Origin: Spirulina sp.
Lineage (GTDB): Bacteria > Cyanobacteriota > Cyanobacteriia > Phormidesmidales > Phormidesmidaceae
DNA length: 64,000 nt
Assembly: GCA_044070495.1 (NCBI GenBank)
Contig: JBIPSI010000019.1
Coordinates: 1-64,000 of the forward strand
Reading direction: 5' to 3'
Position numbers and translations under genes: made by a program. Below the pieces are notes generated by a model. The model saw nothing but the letters and a program-made list of their open reading frames with translations. It did not search any database and was not told the DNA's origin. The first letter of the stretch is position 1. Each line of letters opens with the position of its first letter. Of the stretch, positions 9,501-18,712 are shown one piece after another.

Positions 9501-9964
9501 AAAATATCCCCCGTATGGGCTAGGGTGCCGTTGACATAGATTTCTGCCAATTCCGCCCACCACCGCAGGGCCAGCTTAGCCGCCAGCCCCGCCAGCGGAT
9601 AGCCACCCAAATCCTCCGACCAAGTAAATCGCTGATGCAACCACAACACTCGCCGCCCCCGTTCCCAGGCCACATGCCCCCGCCCATTTACCTCCACCAA
9701 CGACCACTCTTCTCCCCCCTCTCCTCCCTGGGAGAGGGGCTGGGGGTGAGGGTTCCGGCTTCCCAGGGGCTGGGGGTGAGGGCTAGGATTCTGGTGGGCA
9801 GTGCCCACCCTACTTTGGGGGTGAGGGCTAGGATTCTGGTGGGCAGTGCCCACCCTACGGATGTGCCAGGTTGTTTGGACGTTCTGTTGAGTGAGGCCAC
9901 GGAGCTTCTCTAAAACGCGGATGACTTGGGGTGAGATGGCCGCAGGATTGGTGGCAGGGGGCAT
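6530..9964 (-). CDS. Alpha-mannosidase, glycoside hydrolase family 38 (likely start 9964, MPPATNP)
   Basis: GHAHLDLAWLWP, WLPDTFG, GVGDHGGGPT, ELYLELHRG, NQFHDILPGSSI. The longer ORF-track start overlaps the divergent gene. Confidence 0.93.
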   Translation of the reverse strand: MPPATNPAAISPQVIRVLEKLRGLTQQNVQTTWHIRRVGTAHQNPSPHPQSRVGTAHQNPSPHPQPLGSRNPHPQPLSQGGEGGEEWSLVEVNGRGHVAWERGRRVLWLHQRFTWSEDLGGYPLAGLAAKLALRWWAELAEIYVNGTLAHTGDIFDCWTRIDLSESVNPGESVEVMLKLISPGHDEGALVKSELVFESLDEANPEPAFVADELAVLETYLRQFAPENLGILEDALTTIAWDQVSDAPQFHQSLNQMRDILSQFTPWLKQRTVHCVGHAHLDLAWLWPVAETWEAAQRTFESVLVLQAEFPELTFTHSTPALFAWMEENRPDLFVEIQNQVQAGRWAIDAGLWVEPDLNLPGGEALVRQILYGQRYCAEKFGTVSAIAWLPDTFGFSWQLPQLLAQGGVRYFATQKLRWNDSNPFPHDLCTWRGLDGTPVTAVTLPPIGTDIEASEIAQYAAQWEANTGFQDALWLPGVGDHGGGPTRDMLLKTRRWANSPLFPTLTFGHAQPFLDSLLTPSHHPTTPPPHLPAWNDELYLELHRGCYTTHGDQKQYNRRCEDALFQAELWSSVAHLLTDYLYPKAELETAWKQVLFNQFHDILPGSSIPEVFADANETWQAALENGQRILANALEAVAQFIPLPTSPDDRAIPVLLFNPLNWERDEVVEIPLPKEWANHQHWQTVDSLGRELPTQWSGSYPLRDSVGSVHPTVLVAVSGIPSVGYRVIWLKPMESDLPTPDSRLPTPPSWTLENQHLRATLNPETGEIASLIHKATGTETFRAAGNQLQAFKDAGQYWDAWNIAPDYQDHPLEGWQLVSMAWLEDGPCRQVIRIVKTFNQSTFVQDYVLDTTSPYLTIRTEVDWQETQVLVKVAFPLTVSAPQATYEIPFGAIQRSTNPQTPEDKAKWEVPALRWADISQIQGTESQSTENPSTENQDTGHQETGHQETENQVGESRGVSILTDYKHGFDATPNQLRLTLLKAPLWPDPTADRGRQTFTYAIYPHAGSWQAAKTVQQARNLNIPVRPWFQDQGRTVNKPPEGQRISGIGSFLSFGETTWVLSAFKLAEESDQPLILRGYESAGVAGTFTLGGRLGLEVVARVNGLEQPVNEPTHPDAETGPANRDTIAVTPWQVASHLVAQPIT

Positions 9965-10015
9965 GGCTCCGGTATGATCAAGGCAGTCTTCAGTGTACGC
10001 AGAGTCGGCAACGCT

Positions 10016-11356
10016 ATGGCCTCTTCGTCGCGCCCGTTTCAAAGTCAGACTGTTTCCCGTTTGTTGGCTGGGTACCGACAGATGGCCCACGGTGCCGAGC
10101 GTTTTCTGCATCAGGGTAAAACGGCCCTGTTGTGGGGCATTCAAGTGATTGCGTTTCCTCTTTACGTGGCATTTCAAGGGGTACGATCTGCCGCTCGCAC
10201 TCTGCAAGCTACGAAGCCTTGGCAACAGGTGGTCGCCTTGCTGACCGGGGAACAGCCCCAGCCTATGATGCTATCTGCCGACTCCCCCGTTCGGGCCTTG
10301 CTCTCGATTACCCAGCCCCTAGCGGTGCGGCAGGCAGGGCATTTGCGCCAGGTGGATCGCCATGGGGAACTGCTGCGCCAGTCCCGTGCCGAGAGTGTGA
10401 TGGTGAATGGCCAGTGGCAGATGGTGCCATTGCAGACGCCCGTATGCGGGGTGGCGTCGGATTTGGCGTCTCGGCAACTGGTTCTGGTGACGACGAATAA
10501 CCTGATTTTCAATGACCTCACCGACCTCCAGCGGCAGCAACTTCAGCGGGCCATTACCCTGCTGATGGCGGAATATGCAGGCTGGTGTCGGCGGCAGTGG
10601 CACCAACGGCAACTGCAATCCCCTGGTCTGCCCCTGCCCCAGGCGGAGGATAACCAATGGCTTCCGGTGCGCTGGTTTAACCAAGCCCTAGCCTGGATGC
10701 AGGTTAGCCCCCTAGCCCAGGTGACGAACCTGTTTGGTGAAGCGGAGGCTGTCCTGCAATTAGCCCCGCAATTGGGGGATGGGGGGATGGTGAGATGGTG
10801 GGATCGGGCGCTTTCGGGATCATGGCGACCTGCCTTAGCGGGGTCGTCAGAGGCCATGGCGGATCACAGGGCCGCGTTAGTGGCGAACCCTCATACCTCG
10901 ATTCCGGTGCCCTACGGGGTTTCTGGATGGGATTGGTCGGCTGGGGTAGACCAGGCTCAAGACAACCTCTCGGCACCAGCTTCCTTAGTGATGGCGGGTT
11001 CGTCGTCAGTGGCCACTCAGCCACGGGGCACTCGCAAAGTCACAACCTACCGCACCGAAGACGGCACCGTTGTGATGGCGGATGCCGATGGATCAGCGCC
11101 TCTGGAACCTGCTTCTGTCTGGGAGACTGGGTATGCCCATAACGCCACAGATCGCATCCCTGGCTGGAGTAGATCCGTGGGTGGCCGCATTGACCTCAAG
11201 AGCTTGCCCGACAGCGACGCCATCGAGGCCCAAGTCGCCCTCGTAAACTACGTGGATCATCCCCTGGTGGTGGTGCTGCGCTGGCTCGATGCGTTGCTCC
11301 ACCAGGCAGAAACCTGGCTGCAACGGGCATGGTGCTGGCTGTGGGGGCAGTCCTAG
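10016..11356 (+). CDS. Hypothetical protein (cyanobacterial type)
   Basis: Long ORF divergent from the mannosidase; GVASDLASRQLVLV and YVDHPLVVVLRWLD motifs; start chosen at ATG 10016. Confidence 0.7.
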   Translation: MASSSRPFQSQTVSRLLAGYRQMAHGAERFLHQGKTALLWGIQVIAFPLYVAFQGVRSAARTLQATKPWQQVVALLTGEQPQPMMLSADSPVRALLSITQPLAVRQAGHLRQVDRHGELLRQSRAESVMVNGQWQMVPLQTPVCGVASDLASRQLVLVTTNNLIFNDLTDLQRQQLQRAITLLMAEYAGWCRRQWHQRQLQSPGLPLPQAEDNQWLPVRWFNQALAWMQVSPLAQVTNLFGEAEAVLQLAPQLGDGGMVRWWDRALSGSWRPALAGSSEAMADHRAALVANPHTSIPVPYGVSGWDWSAGVDQAQDNLSAPASLVMAGSSSVATQPRGTRKVTTYRTEDGTVVMADADGSAPLEPASVWETGYAHNATDRIPGWSRSVGGRIDLKSLPDSDAIEAQVALVNYVDHPLVVVLRWLDALLHQAETWLQRAWCWLWGQS

Positions 11357-11521
11357 GGCACGGTTTTCACTTTTGGGCCTTGCTTTGGGCGGGCGAAGAT
11401 TTGGCGTATGATAGACCCAAGTTAAGTTCTGTATGCGCCCTAGGGCTGTGGCAGAACGGTTGAGAGGCCCATTAGGGATGACCTGGGGCTGTTCTAGCTG
11501 GCTGTTTGGAGACTTAAAATC

Positions 11522-11638
11522 ATGCTGACTCTAAAAATTGTGGTTTACCTGGTTGTCACCTTCTTCGTGGCGCTGTTTGTGTTTGGCTTCCTCAGTGGCG
11601 ACCCCTCCCGCAACCCCGGTCGTCAAGATCTTGAGTAG
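11522..11638 (+). CDS. psbI: Photosystem II reaction centre protein I
   Basis: Translated by hand (below the ORF cutoff): [38 protein letters not shown]. Confidence 0.97.
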   Translation: MLTLKIVVYLVVTFFVALFVFGFLSGDPSRNPGRQDLE

Positions 11639-11762
11639 TCTCTCCAACGAAACTTCTTCCAATTGAAGGGATGTCCCCGGTATATTGGGGCGTTTACCTA
11701 CCCATGAAGTTTAGTCGGGGCCGCAGGGAACTCTGCCGCAGACTAGGCTATCTCATGGTTCT

Positions 11763-11788
11763 AAGCCCGCTTGTCGGGCTTTGTTTTT
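11763..11788 (+). terminator. Intrinsic terminator-like hairpin downstream of psbI
   Basis: AAGCCCG-cttgt-CGGGCTT followed by TGTTTTT. Confidence 0.6.
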
Positions 11789-11808
11789 GCTGTGGTTAAT
11801 CTGAACCC

Positions 11809-14154
11809 ATGCCCCTACCGCTCCTGTTGCCGGATCTGCCCCCTGCCATAGCGCCTCAGGCCCTAGTGCATCAAGCACCATCGGCGGCGGATCCGGCTCT
11901 CCAGTTTCCCCCAGCGCCACTGACCCAACCAGGGCGGAATCCGGTTTTCCTAGTTCAATCCCCAGCCCCCTCAGCCCAACCCCTCAACGAAGCACCTGCC
12001 CCGCATCCCCTATTTTCGCCAGCCCAGCCCAGCCCTGAGGATTCCCGGTCACCGCTGCCCGCCGCCGAGGGTGCAGAAGCCTCCCCAACCACCGATTCCC
12101 CCGCCGAAGCTCCCCCAGAAACCGATCCACAGTCCGATGACCAAGGGCTAGGGGAGGATGAATCTGGTGCCATAACCGCGAGTTTTCCCTGGCGCGATGG
12201 CGGTGTGTCGGCCCAGCGGCAGGTGATTGCGGATAGCCCGGTGGAGGTGGTGGCTCCTGATGTCGCGGAACGTCCTTTGGCGGCAGAGGATCCGGCGGTG
12301 GCACCAGAGACAGAACCCCTTGATCCGACTTTGTTGCGGCTCTTGGCCGATGCCCAAACCTACGAGCCAGCGCGGCAGGTGGTAACGGCCAGTGGCGATG
12401 TGTTAGTACAGTTTGGGGATGCCCAGCTCGCGGCGGATCGGCTGTGGGTTAACCTCAACAACCGCCATTTGCGGGCTGAGGGGAATGTCTTTTTTAATCG
12501 CAATCAACAGGTATTGGAGGGAGACGCCGCCACCTACAATCTGTTGCAGGGCAGTGGCCGCCTCACCAACGGGCGGGGATCGCTGCGGATTGCCACCATT
12601 GCCGATGACTTTTCGGTGGATAATTTCCCCACCGATGCCGCCCTGCTCCCGGTGGATTACCGTTTACAGGGGCAAGGCTCCATTTCCCAGGTCACCAGCC
12701 CTGGGGGGTATTCCTTTGCCCTCAGCCCCACCGCCTCGATTTTTGGCGGCGAGCGTACGGATGTGGGGCGGCTACGCTTTGAAACCAGCGATCTCTACTT
12801 CAATGCCGATGGCTGGTACGGCGAAAACCTGCGCCTCACCAATGATCCCTTTTCACCCCCAGAATTAGAGCTACGCGGCAATCGGGTGAGTTTTGTCCCC
12901 ATTTCTGAGGAGGAGGACGAACTGTGCGTTGATAACCCTAGGCTGGTGTTCGATCAATGGCTAAGCGTGCCCCTGGTGCGGCGCTGTTTCCAGCTTCAGA
13001 ACGGGCAGCTACCAGACAACACGTTTAACCCCTTTCCCACCTCCTTCGGCTACGACAACCGTGACCGCGACGGCTTTTTTGTGGAACGGCGGTTTCCGGT
13101 AGTAGAGGCAGGCAACTTCCGGCTGTCGTTAGCCCCTCAGTTCTACATTTCCCGCTGGTTGGGCGAAAACAGCAGCGGCCTGTTCGATGCCGCCAACTTT
13201 GGCCTCGTGGCACGGGCGCGGGGGGCCGTGGGGCCAAGAACCTTTGTCTCTGGCCTAGTCAGCCTGCCAGGGCTGGATCTGCAAAATTTCACCGACCGGG
13301 TACGGGCGAACCTACGGGTACAGCAGGCGGTAGGCACCCATCGTCTCAGCGCCGAGTACACCTACCGAGATCGCCTCTTCAATGGTTCCCTCGGCTTCCA
13401 GGATGTGCAGACCAGTGCGGGCCTGCTGCTGGAGTCTCCGGTGATTCCCCTTGGCAATACGGGGATCAACCTTACCTATCAACTCTCTGGACAGTATGTT
13501 AACGCCCTCACGGATCAGGCCGATTTGCTCGATCCTGGCGTGGGAGTGGGGCTAGCGAGTTTATTTCGCTTCCAGGGGGCCATCGACCTCAGCCGTAGCT
13601 TTTCGCTGTGGCAAGGCACCGCCAAACCCAGCACCCCCACCGAGGGCTTGCGCTATTCCCCTCGTCCGGTAGTGCCTTTCCTTGCCCTTGTGGCGGGCCT
13701 GCGAGGGGTGGCCACCTACTACACCAGCAACGATCTCCAAGAAACCCTAGACGCCAGGATAACGCTGGTAGGGCAACTGGGTCATTTTTCCCGCAACTAT
13801 TTCGACTACACCCAATTTAATCTAGGCCTGTCGAGTAGTTTTATTGGCGGCGACGGGTCGCCCTTCTTCTTTGATCGCCTGGTAGACCAGAACACCCTAT
13901 CCGGCGGCATTGTGCAACAGATCTATGGCCCCCTGCTCCTCGGCTTTCAAACCTCCTTTAACCTGGATACGGGCCGAGAAATCGACACCAGTTTCAGTGT
14001 GGAATATCGACGACGCACCTACGGACTCGTTGCCCAATATAGCCCCACCCAGGAAACAGGCTTCTTTGGGTTTCGCCTCAGCCAGTTTGATTGGGTGGGC
14101 CGACCAGACCCCTTTGATGGCGAAGCCACGAACCAAGACGTCCAAGTGCAGTAG
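11809..14154 (+). CDS. DUF3769 / LptD(OstA)-like outer-membrane protein
   Basis: OstA-like segment (TASGDVLVQF, ADRLWVNL, AEGNV), TNDPFSPPEL, beta-barrel-like C-terminus; located next to psbI. Confidence 0.82.
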   Translation: MPLPLLLPDLPPAIAPQALVHQAPSAADPALQFPPAPLTQPGRNPVFLVQSPAPSAQPLNEAPAPHPLFSPAQPSPEDSRSPLPAAEGAEASPTTDSPAEAPPETDPQSDDQGLGEDESGAITASFPWRDGGVSAQRQVIADSPVEVVAPDVAERPLAAEDPAVAPETEPLDPTLLRLLADAQTYEPARQVVTASGDVLVQFGDAQLAADRLWVNLNNRHLRAEGNVFFNRNQQVLEGDAATYNLLQGSGRLTNGRGSLRIATIADDFSVDNFPTDAALLPVDYRLQGQGSISQVTSPGGYSFALSPTASIFGGERTDVGRLRFETSDLYFNADGWYGENLRLTNDPFSPPELELRGNRVSFVPISEEEDELCVDNPRLVFDQWLSVPLVRRCFQLQNGQLPDNTFNPFPTSFGYDNRDRDGFFVERRFPVVEAGNFRLSLAPQFYISRWLGENSSGLFDAANFGLVARARGAVGPRTFVSGLVSLPGLDLQNFTDRVRANLRVQQAVGTHRLSAEYTYRDRLFNGSLGFQDVQTSAGLLLESPVIPLGNTGINLTYQLSGQYVNALTDQADLLDPGVGVGLASLFRFQGAIDLSRSFSLWQGTAKPSTPTEGLRYSPRPVVPFLALVAGLRGVATYYTSNDLQETLDARITLVGQLGHFSRNYFDYTQFNLGLSSSFIGGDGSPFFFDRLVDQNTLSGGIVQQIYGPLLLGFQTSFNLDTGREIDTSFSVEYRRRTYGLVAQYSPTQETGFFGFRLSQFDWVGRPDPFDGEATNQDVQVQ

Positions 14155-14173
14155 CCTAGGTCTACCCAGAGGG

Positions 14174-14950
14174 TTACCGAGCGGATCGGGAGAGCCGCCC
14201 GATTAACCCCCTAGGACGCTGTTGCACAAGGTCAGGATCCAGGTAGGTGATGGCGTCATGGCAGGGGCGCACCCGTTCCTCTGCGGAAAAAACATTGACC
14301 TGGTAGACCAGTTGGTTATCCCAATCGAGGGCAGTCAACCAGCCACTGCGGGGATGATACCCCCCCGTATCAATATCCAACCAACCCCGACCCGCCACTA
14401 CCTGCCCCGGCGCAACGGCAGGAAAGGTGAAGGTGATGGTGTGTCCGGTAACAATCAGTTTGTCGGGGAAGTAGGGGGTCTGGCTACGGTGGAACGGATC
14501 CCGAATCCAGCACATGTCGTGGGGATTTTGCTGGGCCAAGGGCAGGGCTGGATTCACCCCGGCATGGACCAGCCAGATCGCACCTAGGTCGAGATAGGAG
14601 GGCAACTGAAGAATCCAGGGTAGGTGTTCCTCCAGCAAGCCGGGGTAGGTATCGTAGCTTTTCAGGGTGGCCTGTCCACCGCTAAACAGCCAGCCTTCTA
14701 GGGTAGGCAGGTGGAGGCTATCTTCCCCATCCCCCATGGCATCGATGAGCAGTTGCTCGTGGTTGCCCCGTACGCAGCCCGTGGCATGGTGCCGTACGAA
14801 CTCCACCACCTCCGCACTACGTGGCCCTCGGTCAATGAGATCGCCGACAAAATAGACATCATCCTCTGGGGTGGGGGCCGTGAGGCTCCACAGGGCTTTC
14901 AGTCCATCGTAGTGACCATGAATATCGCCAATCAGCAGTTGTCGGGGCAT
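14174..14950 (-). CDS. Metallophosphoesterase (PPP-family Ser/Thr phosphatase-like)
   Basis: GDIHG, GDLIDRG, RGNHE, VHAG, GHT, DTG. Confidence 0.92.
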   Translation of the reverse strand: MPRQLLIGDIHGHYDGLKALWSLTAPTPEDDVYFVGDLIDRGPRSAEVVEFVRHHATGCVRGNHEQLLIDAMGDGEDSLHLPTLEGWLFSGGQATLKSYDTYPGLLEEHLPWILQLPSYLDLGAIWLVHAGVNPALPLAQQNPHDMCWIRDPFHRSQTPYFPDKLIVTGHTITFTFPAVAPGQVVAGRGWLDIDTGGYHPRSGWLTALDWDNQLVYQVNVFSAEERVRPCHDAITYLDPDLVQQRPRGLIGRLSRSAR

Positions 14951-15328
14951 GTTGTCCGTACTAGCCTGTTATCCATACTAAAAAAAGGGGGGCTTACGCA
15001 GCGGGCCTCTATCTCTAGTATGCCTGAGGTACCTGAACCCTGTCGTTAAAATTGAGCAATTCTACGGACGACGACCGTTACCTTTTCTCACTTACTTTTT
15101 CTCACTATTTAGAACATCCTTTGGAACATCGGCTAGGACATTGGCCAAGATATCACCGCCCCCCAACGGCTTGGCCACCCTTGGCCCAAGGTATACGCAC
15201 GCTGGAGGCTTCAACACCCATGCCCCAACCGTACAAATAACCGTTGCAAATAACCGTAACGATTGGCAAATTCTCCGCCATAATAGGGGCTACCCTAAAC
15301 AGGCCTTAACTGAGTCTCTGGTTTGCCC

Positions 15329-15718
15329 ATGCATGCTCCGCTTCAGCCCTCCCCCCGTCGCTCGGTGCGGCCCGCCCATCCGCCCGCCCGCCGTCGTCGT
15401 ACAACATCCCTAACTCGGCGGTTAGCCCGCCAAACCCCCATTTTTGAGATCAGCGCTCGCATTGCCGTCAACGGTGTTCTCACGGTAGCCTCCCTCTCGG
15501 CCCTAGGTCATCTCGTGCCCTATCTGCAAACCCAAACCGCCCGTCTCGATCAGGTAACCCAGGCCGTAGATACAGCGGACTCCACCCACACCTCCCTCAA
15601 AGCCGAGTTTGACCGCTACTTTGACCCGGCCCAGGCTAGCCGCCTGATACAAGAATACAGTGGCTATAAGGCTCCCCAGGAGCGCCAAATTGTCTGGACA
15701 GAGGGGCCTCGCCCCTAG
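15329..15718 (+). CDS. Slr1601-family putative cell-division protein (one TM helix + coiled coil)
   Basis: Basic N-terminus, single TM, heptad segment, FDRYFDP...RQIVW. Confidence 0.65.
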   Translation: MHAPLQPSPRRSVRPAHPPARRRRTTSLTRRLARQTPIFEISARIAVNGVLTVASLSALGHLVPYLQTQTARLDQVTQAVDTADSTHTSLKAEFDRYFDPAQASRLIQEYSGYKAPQERQIVWTEGPRP

Positions 15719-15883
15719 TCCTGGGTGCCCCCATCAGAAGCGCCCTTATCCCTCCCAGGATCGTCGCTGGACTTAGGGGCTCTACCGTGCGGCAGTAGGG
15801 CCTAGGATCATCCTTTGACTTTTGGTAAAACGAACTATAATAGGAAGTAGCCTATCCTGTCGTGCTACTAAAAGTTGGTCTCT

Positions 15884-16849
15884 GTGTTTACGACCCTCTC
15901 CCCCGCCGCCGCCGTCTTGCCTGGACGTTTAGACCTGTTTGAGGCCATCGAAGCCCTTAAACACGAGCTAAACGCGGTTATTTTGGCCCATTACTACCAG
16001 GATCCTGATATTCAGGATGTAGCGGACTATATTGGTGATTCTCTAGGGCTATCGCGTCAGGCGGCGGCTACGAATGCCGATGTCATCGTGTTTGCCGGGG
16101 TTCACTTTATGGCAGAAACCGCCAAAATTCTCAACCCCACCAAGCAGGTGCTGCTGCCCGACCTGAATGCCGGGTGTTCCCTGGCCGATAGCTGCCCCCC
16201 CGATGCCTTTGCCGCCTTCAAGGCCCAGTATCCGGGGCATTTGGTGATCTCCTATATCAACTGCACGGCCCAAATCAAGGCCATGAGCGACATCATCTGC
16301 ACCAGTTCCAATGCCGTGAAGATTGTCCAGCAAATTCCCGCCGATCAGCCGATTATCTTTGCCCCCGACCAAAACCTAGGGCGCTACGTAATGGAACAAA
16401 CCGGGCGGGATTTGGTGCTGTGGCCGGGAAGCTGCATGGTACACGAAACCTTCTCCGAGAAGAAGCTGGTGCAGTTGCAGATGGAATACCCTGACGCCGA
16501 GGTAATTGCCCATCCCGAATGCGAATCGGCGGTCTTGCGCCACGCCCACTACATTGGCTCCACCACCGCCCTGTTGAAGTATGCCCAGGCCAGCCCCAAA
16601 CAGCAGTTCATTGTGGTCACAGAACCAGGCATTATTCATCAAATGGAGAAGGAAGCTCCCAGTAAAACCTTTATCCCAGCCCCACCAATGGCCTCCTGCG
16701 CCTGCAACGAGTGCCCCCACATGCGGCTGAACACCCTCGAAAAACTCTACCTAGCCATGAAAAATCGCCAGCCCGAAATCACCCTGCCGGAGGATCTCAG
16801 GCTGGCGGCCCTAGCGCCCATGCAGCGCATGTTGGAGATGAGCATCTAG
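15884..16849 (+). CDS. nadA: Quinolinate synthase
   Basis: [42 protein letters not shown]. Confidence 0.97.
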   Translation: MFTTLSPAAAVLPGRLDLFEAIEALKHELNAVILAHYYQDPDIQDVADYIGDSLGLSRQAAATNADVIVFAGVHFMAETAKILNPTKQVLLPDLNAGCSLADSCPPDAFAAFKAQYPGHLVISYINCTAQIKAMSDIICTSSNAVKIVQQIPADQPIIFAPDQNLGRYVMEQTGRDLVLWPGSCMVHETFSEKKLVQLQMEYPDAEVIAHPECESAVLRHAHYIGSTTALLKYAQASPKQQFIVVTEPGIIHQMEKEAPSKTFIPAPPMASCACNECPHMRLNTLEKLYLAMKNRQPEITLPEDLRLAALAPMQRMLEMSI

Positions 16850-16942
16850 GCGCTCTGAACCCAGAAAAGCGCAGGGGCGAAGTTTCCTCGCCCACTCATG
16901 CCGGGGGCCAGCAATCCAGATTTAGCGCCGCCTAGGGACCTC

Positions 16943-17455
16943 CTAGCGACAGGTGCCCCGCCCCCACTGGCCGTCATAGCCAACGGAGACTTGATCACCC
17001 ACTTGGGCCGGATTGGCAGACAGGTGGACTAAGGTGACACTGGCCATCTCCTGCACCGATCCGCGCCAAATCGCTTGCCCCTGGGCATTTTTGCCGTCAT
17101 AGCTGAGGAAGGATTCCGCAAAGACGTCCCCGGTGGCGGGCCGCTTTAGCTCAATGCGCGAAAACCCGGCTGCGCGGGTGAAGTAGACCGTGAAGTCAAT
17201 ATCGTTGACGGTGATCGACCCGGTACAGGTCATTTCCAGGTTGTCCTGGTTGGGTTCTTCAGGTGGGGTGGAGGCCGAACCGGGCACGGGAGTCGCATCT
17301 GGGGTGGCAGTCGCCTCTGGAGTGGCGGTCGCCTCTGGGGTAGGCTCTGGACTAGGGGTCGTCGTGTCTTGGGGTTGGGATCCGCCGTTGCAGGCCACCA
17401 TCCCCAACCCCAACAGCAACGCCGTCCCCAGAGAAATCATCTTTGATGGGATCAC
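16943..17455 (-). CDS. Hypothetical lipoprotein with Pro/Thr-rich linker
   Basis: Lipobox-like LGMVA-C; TPEATA repeats. Confidence 0.75.
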   Translation of the reverse strand: MIPSKMISLGTALLLGLGMVACNGGSQPQDTTTPSPEPTPEATATPEATATPDATPVPGSASTPPEEPNQDNLEMTCTGSITVNDIDFTVYFTRAAGFSRIELKRPATGDVFAESFLSYDGKNAQGQAIWRGSVQEMASVTLVHLSANPAQVGDQVSVGYDGQWGRGTCR

Positions 17456-17560
17456 TTAGCTAAATCTCCTTGTTATTGCGCGAAACCGATTTGATTTATA
17501 CCGCGCAATCGTAGCAATCCTATAGGATGCGATGCCCCAGGGTTTTCCGCCCCTGTTTCC

Positions 17561-18055
17561 TTAGTTTTCCTGGATAAAATCCTGCAACGTCGTGGTCAAC
17601 TGATCGACTAAATTGTCGGAGGTGGAGGTGGCGCTGTCCTTTTCAACCCGCTGCACGGTGTCGGCGGGTAGACCCAGGAGCGACACCAACTGCTGGTAGG
17701 CCGTGGCCTCCTCCTGGTTAATTAAGGATTCATCGGGGGTACGGGCACTGGCATTAATCACCTGATACCCCAATTTCAACACCAGTTCTTTTTCCGCCGT
17801 CTGGGTTAGCCGAGGCACCAGTTCATTGAGGGGAATGTTCTGCATTAGATAGTCGCGCAACTCGCCCCGCAGAGCCTCTTGGTGAGTATCACTCTGGGCA
17901 AAGAGATGACTAAACTGATCCAGCATCACCTCCACCTCTTCATCGGCCAGGTGGCCATCGCTCCAGGCCATGGTGGCGGCAATGCGCAGCAGGGTCATCT
18001 GGGCGGGGCTAATGGAGGGCGGCGGTGGGGGCTGTACCGACATGGGAATCTCCAT
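17561..18055 (-). CDS. TerB-family protein
   Basis: MAWSDGHLADEE and INQEE motifs. Confidence 0.8.
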   Translation of the reverse strand: MEIPMSVQPPPPPSISPAQMTLLRIAATMAWSDGHLADEEVEVMLDQFSHLFAQSDTHQEALRGELRDYLMQNIPLNELVPRLTQTAEKELVLKLGYQVINASARTPDESLINQEEATAYQQLVSLLGLPADTVQRVEKDSATSTSDNLVDQLTTTLQDFIQEN

Positions 18056-18434
18056 AGGAAATCTAGAGGATAATCAAGGCTTTCAGCGCATTTAGACCCA
18101 ATCTGCACGGGATGCCACCAATTTCTAACCTGTCAAACCGCAGGGGAGAGCTTTTCTCGCCCGTTTGAACCAGGGGTAGGCCATCAAGATTTAGGACTAA
18201 GCCTGTAATCGTGACCTTACCATGGCCGTTTTCAGGGGCTTGGCAATGTTATCAATCTCCACAAAACCAAGGAAAACGTAATCTTGTACTAGCCAACCGA
18301 CCATCGGGCCGAGTGAAGGCTGAGGTCACAGGAATGGGACGCATGGAGGCTGACAAAAAAATCCCCCAGCCCATGCAACTTTTTGGGGCAAACGGCCCAT
18401 AATAGGGTGCGGAGAACAGAAGGGAGCGCAAACT

Positions 18435-18689
18435 ATGCCAAGAACGCCCAGTGAATACGTGATTCACATGCTGTTTGATGGGGGCCACCACGAGGAAGTG
18501 CGCTTCTCCTCCATCCAAGACTTTCAAAAGTGGTATAGCGGCGAGCTGATGCCCAAGGCCACCTCCGACGAATTTATTACGGTGCCACTGCCCAAGGTCA
18601 ACCCCGGCGAGTACATGGTGATCCGGCCCTCGCGGCTCAACGCCATTCGGGTGGAACCCGTCTTCAGTTCCAGCGTCGAACGATATTAG
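18435..18689 (+). CDS. Conserved small cyanobacterial hypothetical protein
   Basis: AGGGAG RBS; EEVRFSSIQDFQKWY...GEYMVIRPS...IRVEPVFSSSVER. Confidence 0.8.
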   Translation: MPRTPSEYVIHMLFDGGHHEEVRFSSIQDFQKWYSGELMPKATSDEFITVPLPKVNPGEYMVIRPSRLNAIRVEPVFSSSVERY

Positions 18690-18712
18690 CGGGTCTCTCA
18701 GTAGGCAAAGAC

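Noticed and set aside
9965..10225. N-terminal 87 aa of the 1231-aa mannosidase ORF
   Set aside because: It overlaps the divergent gene; ATG 9964 is the more plausible start.
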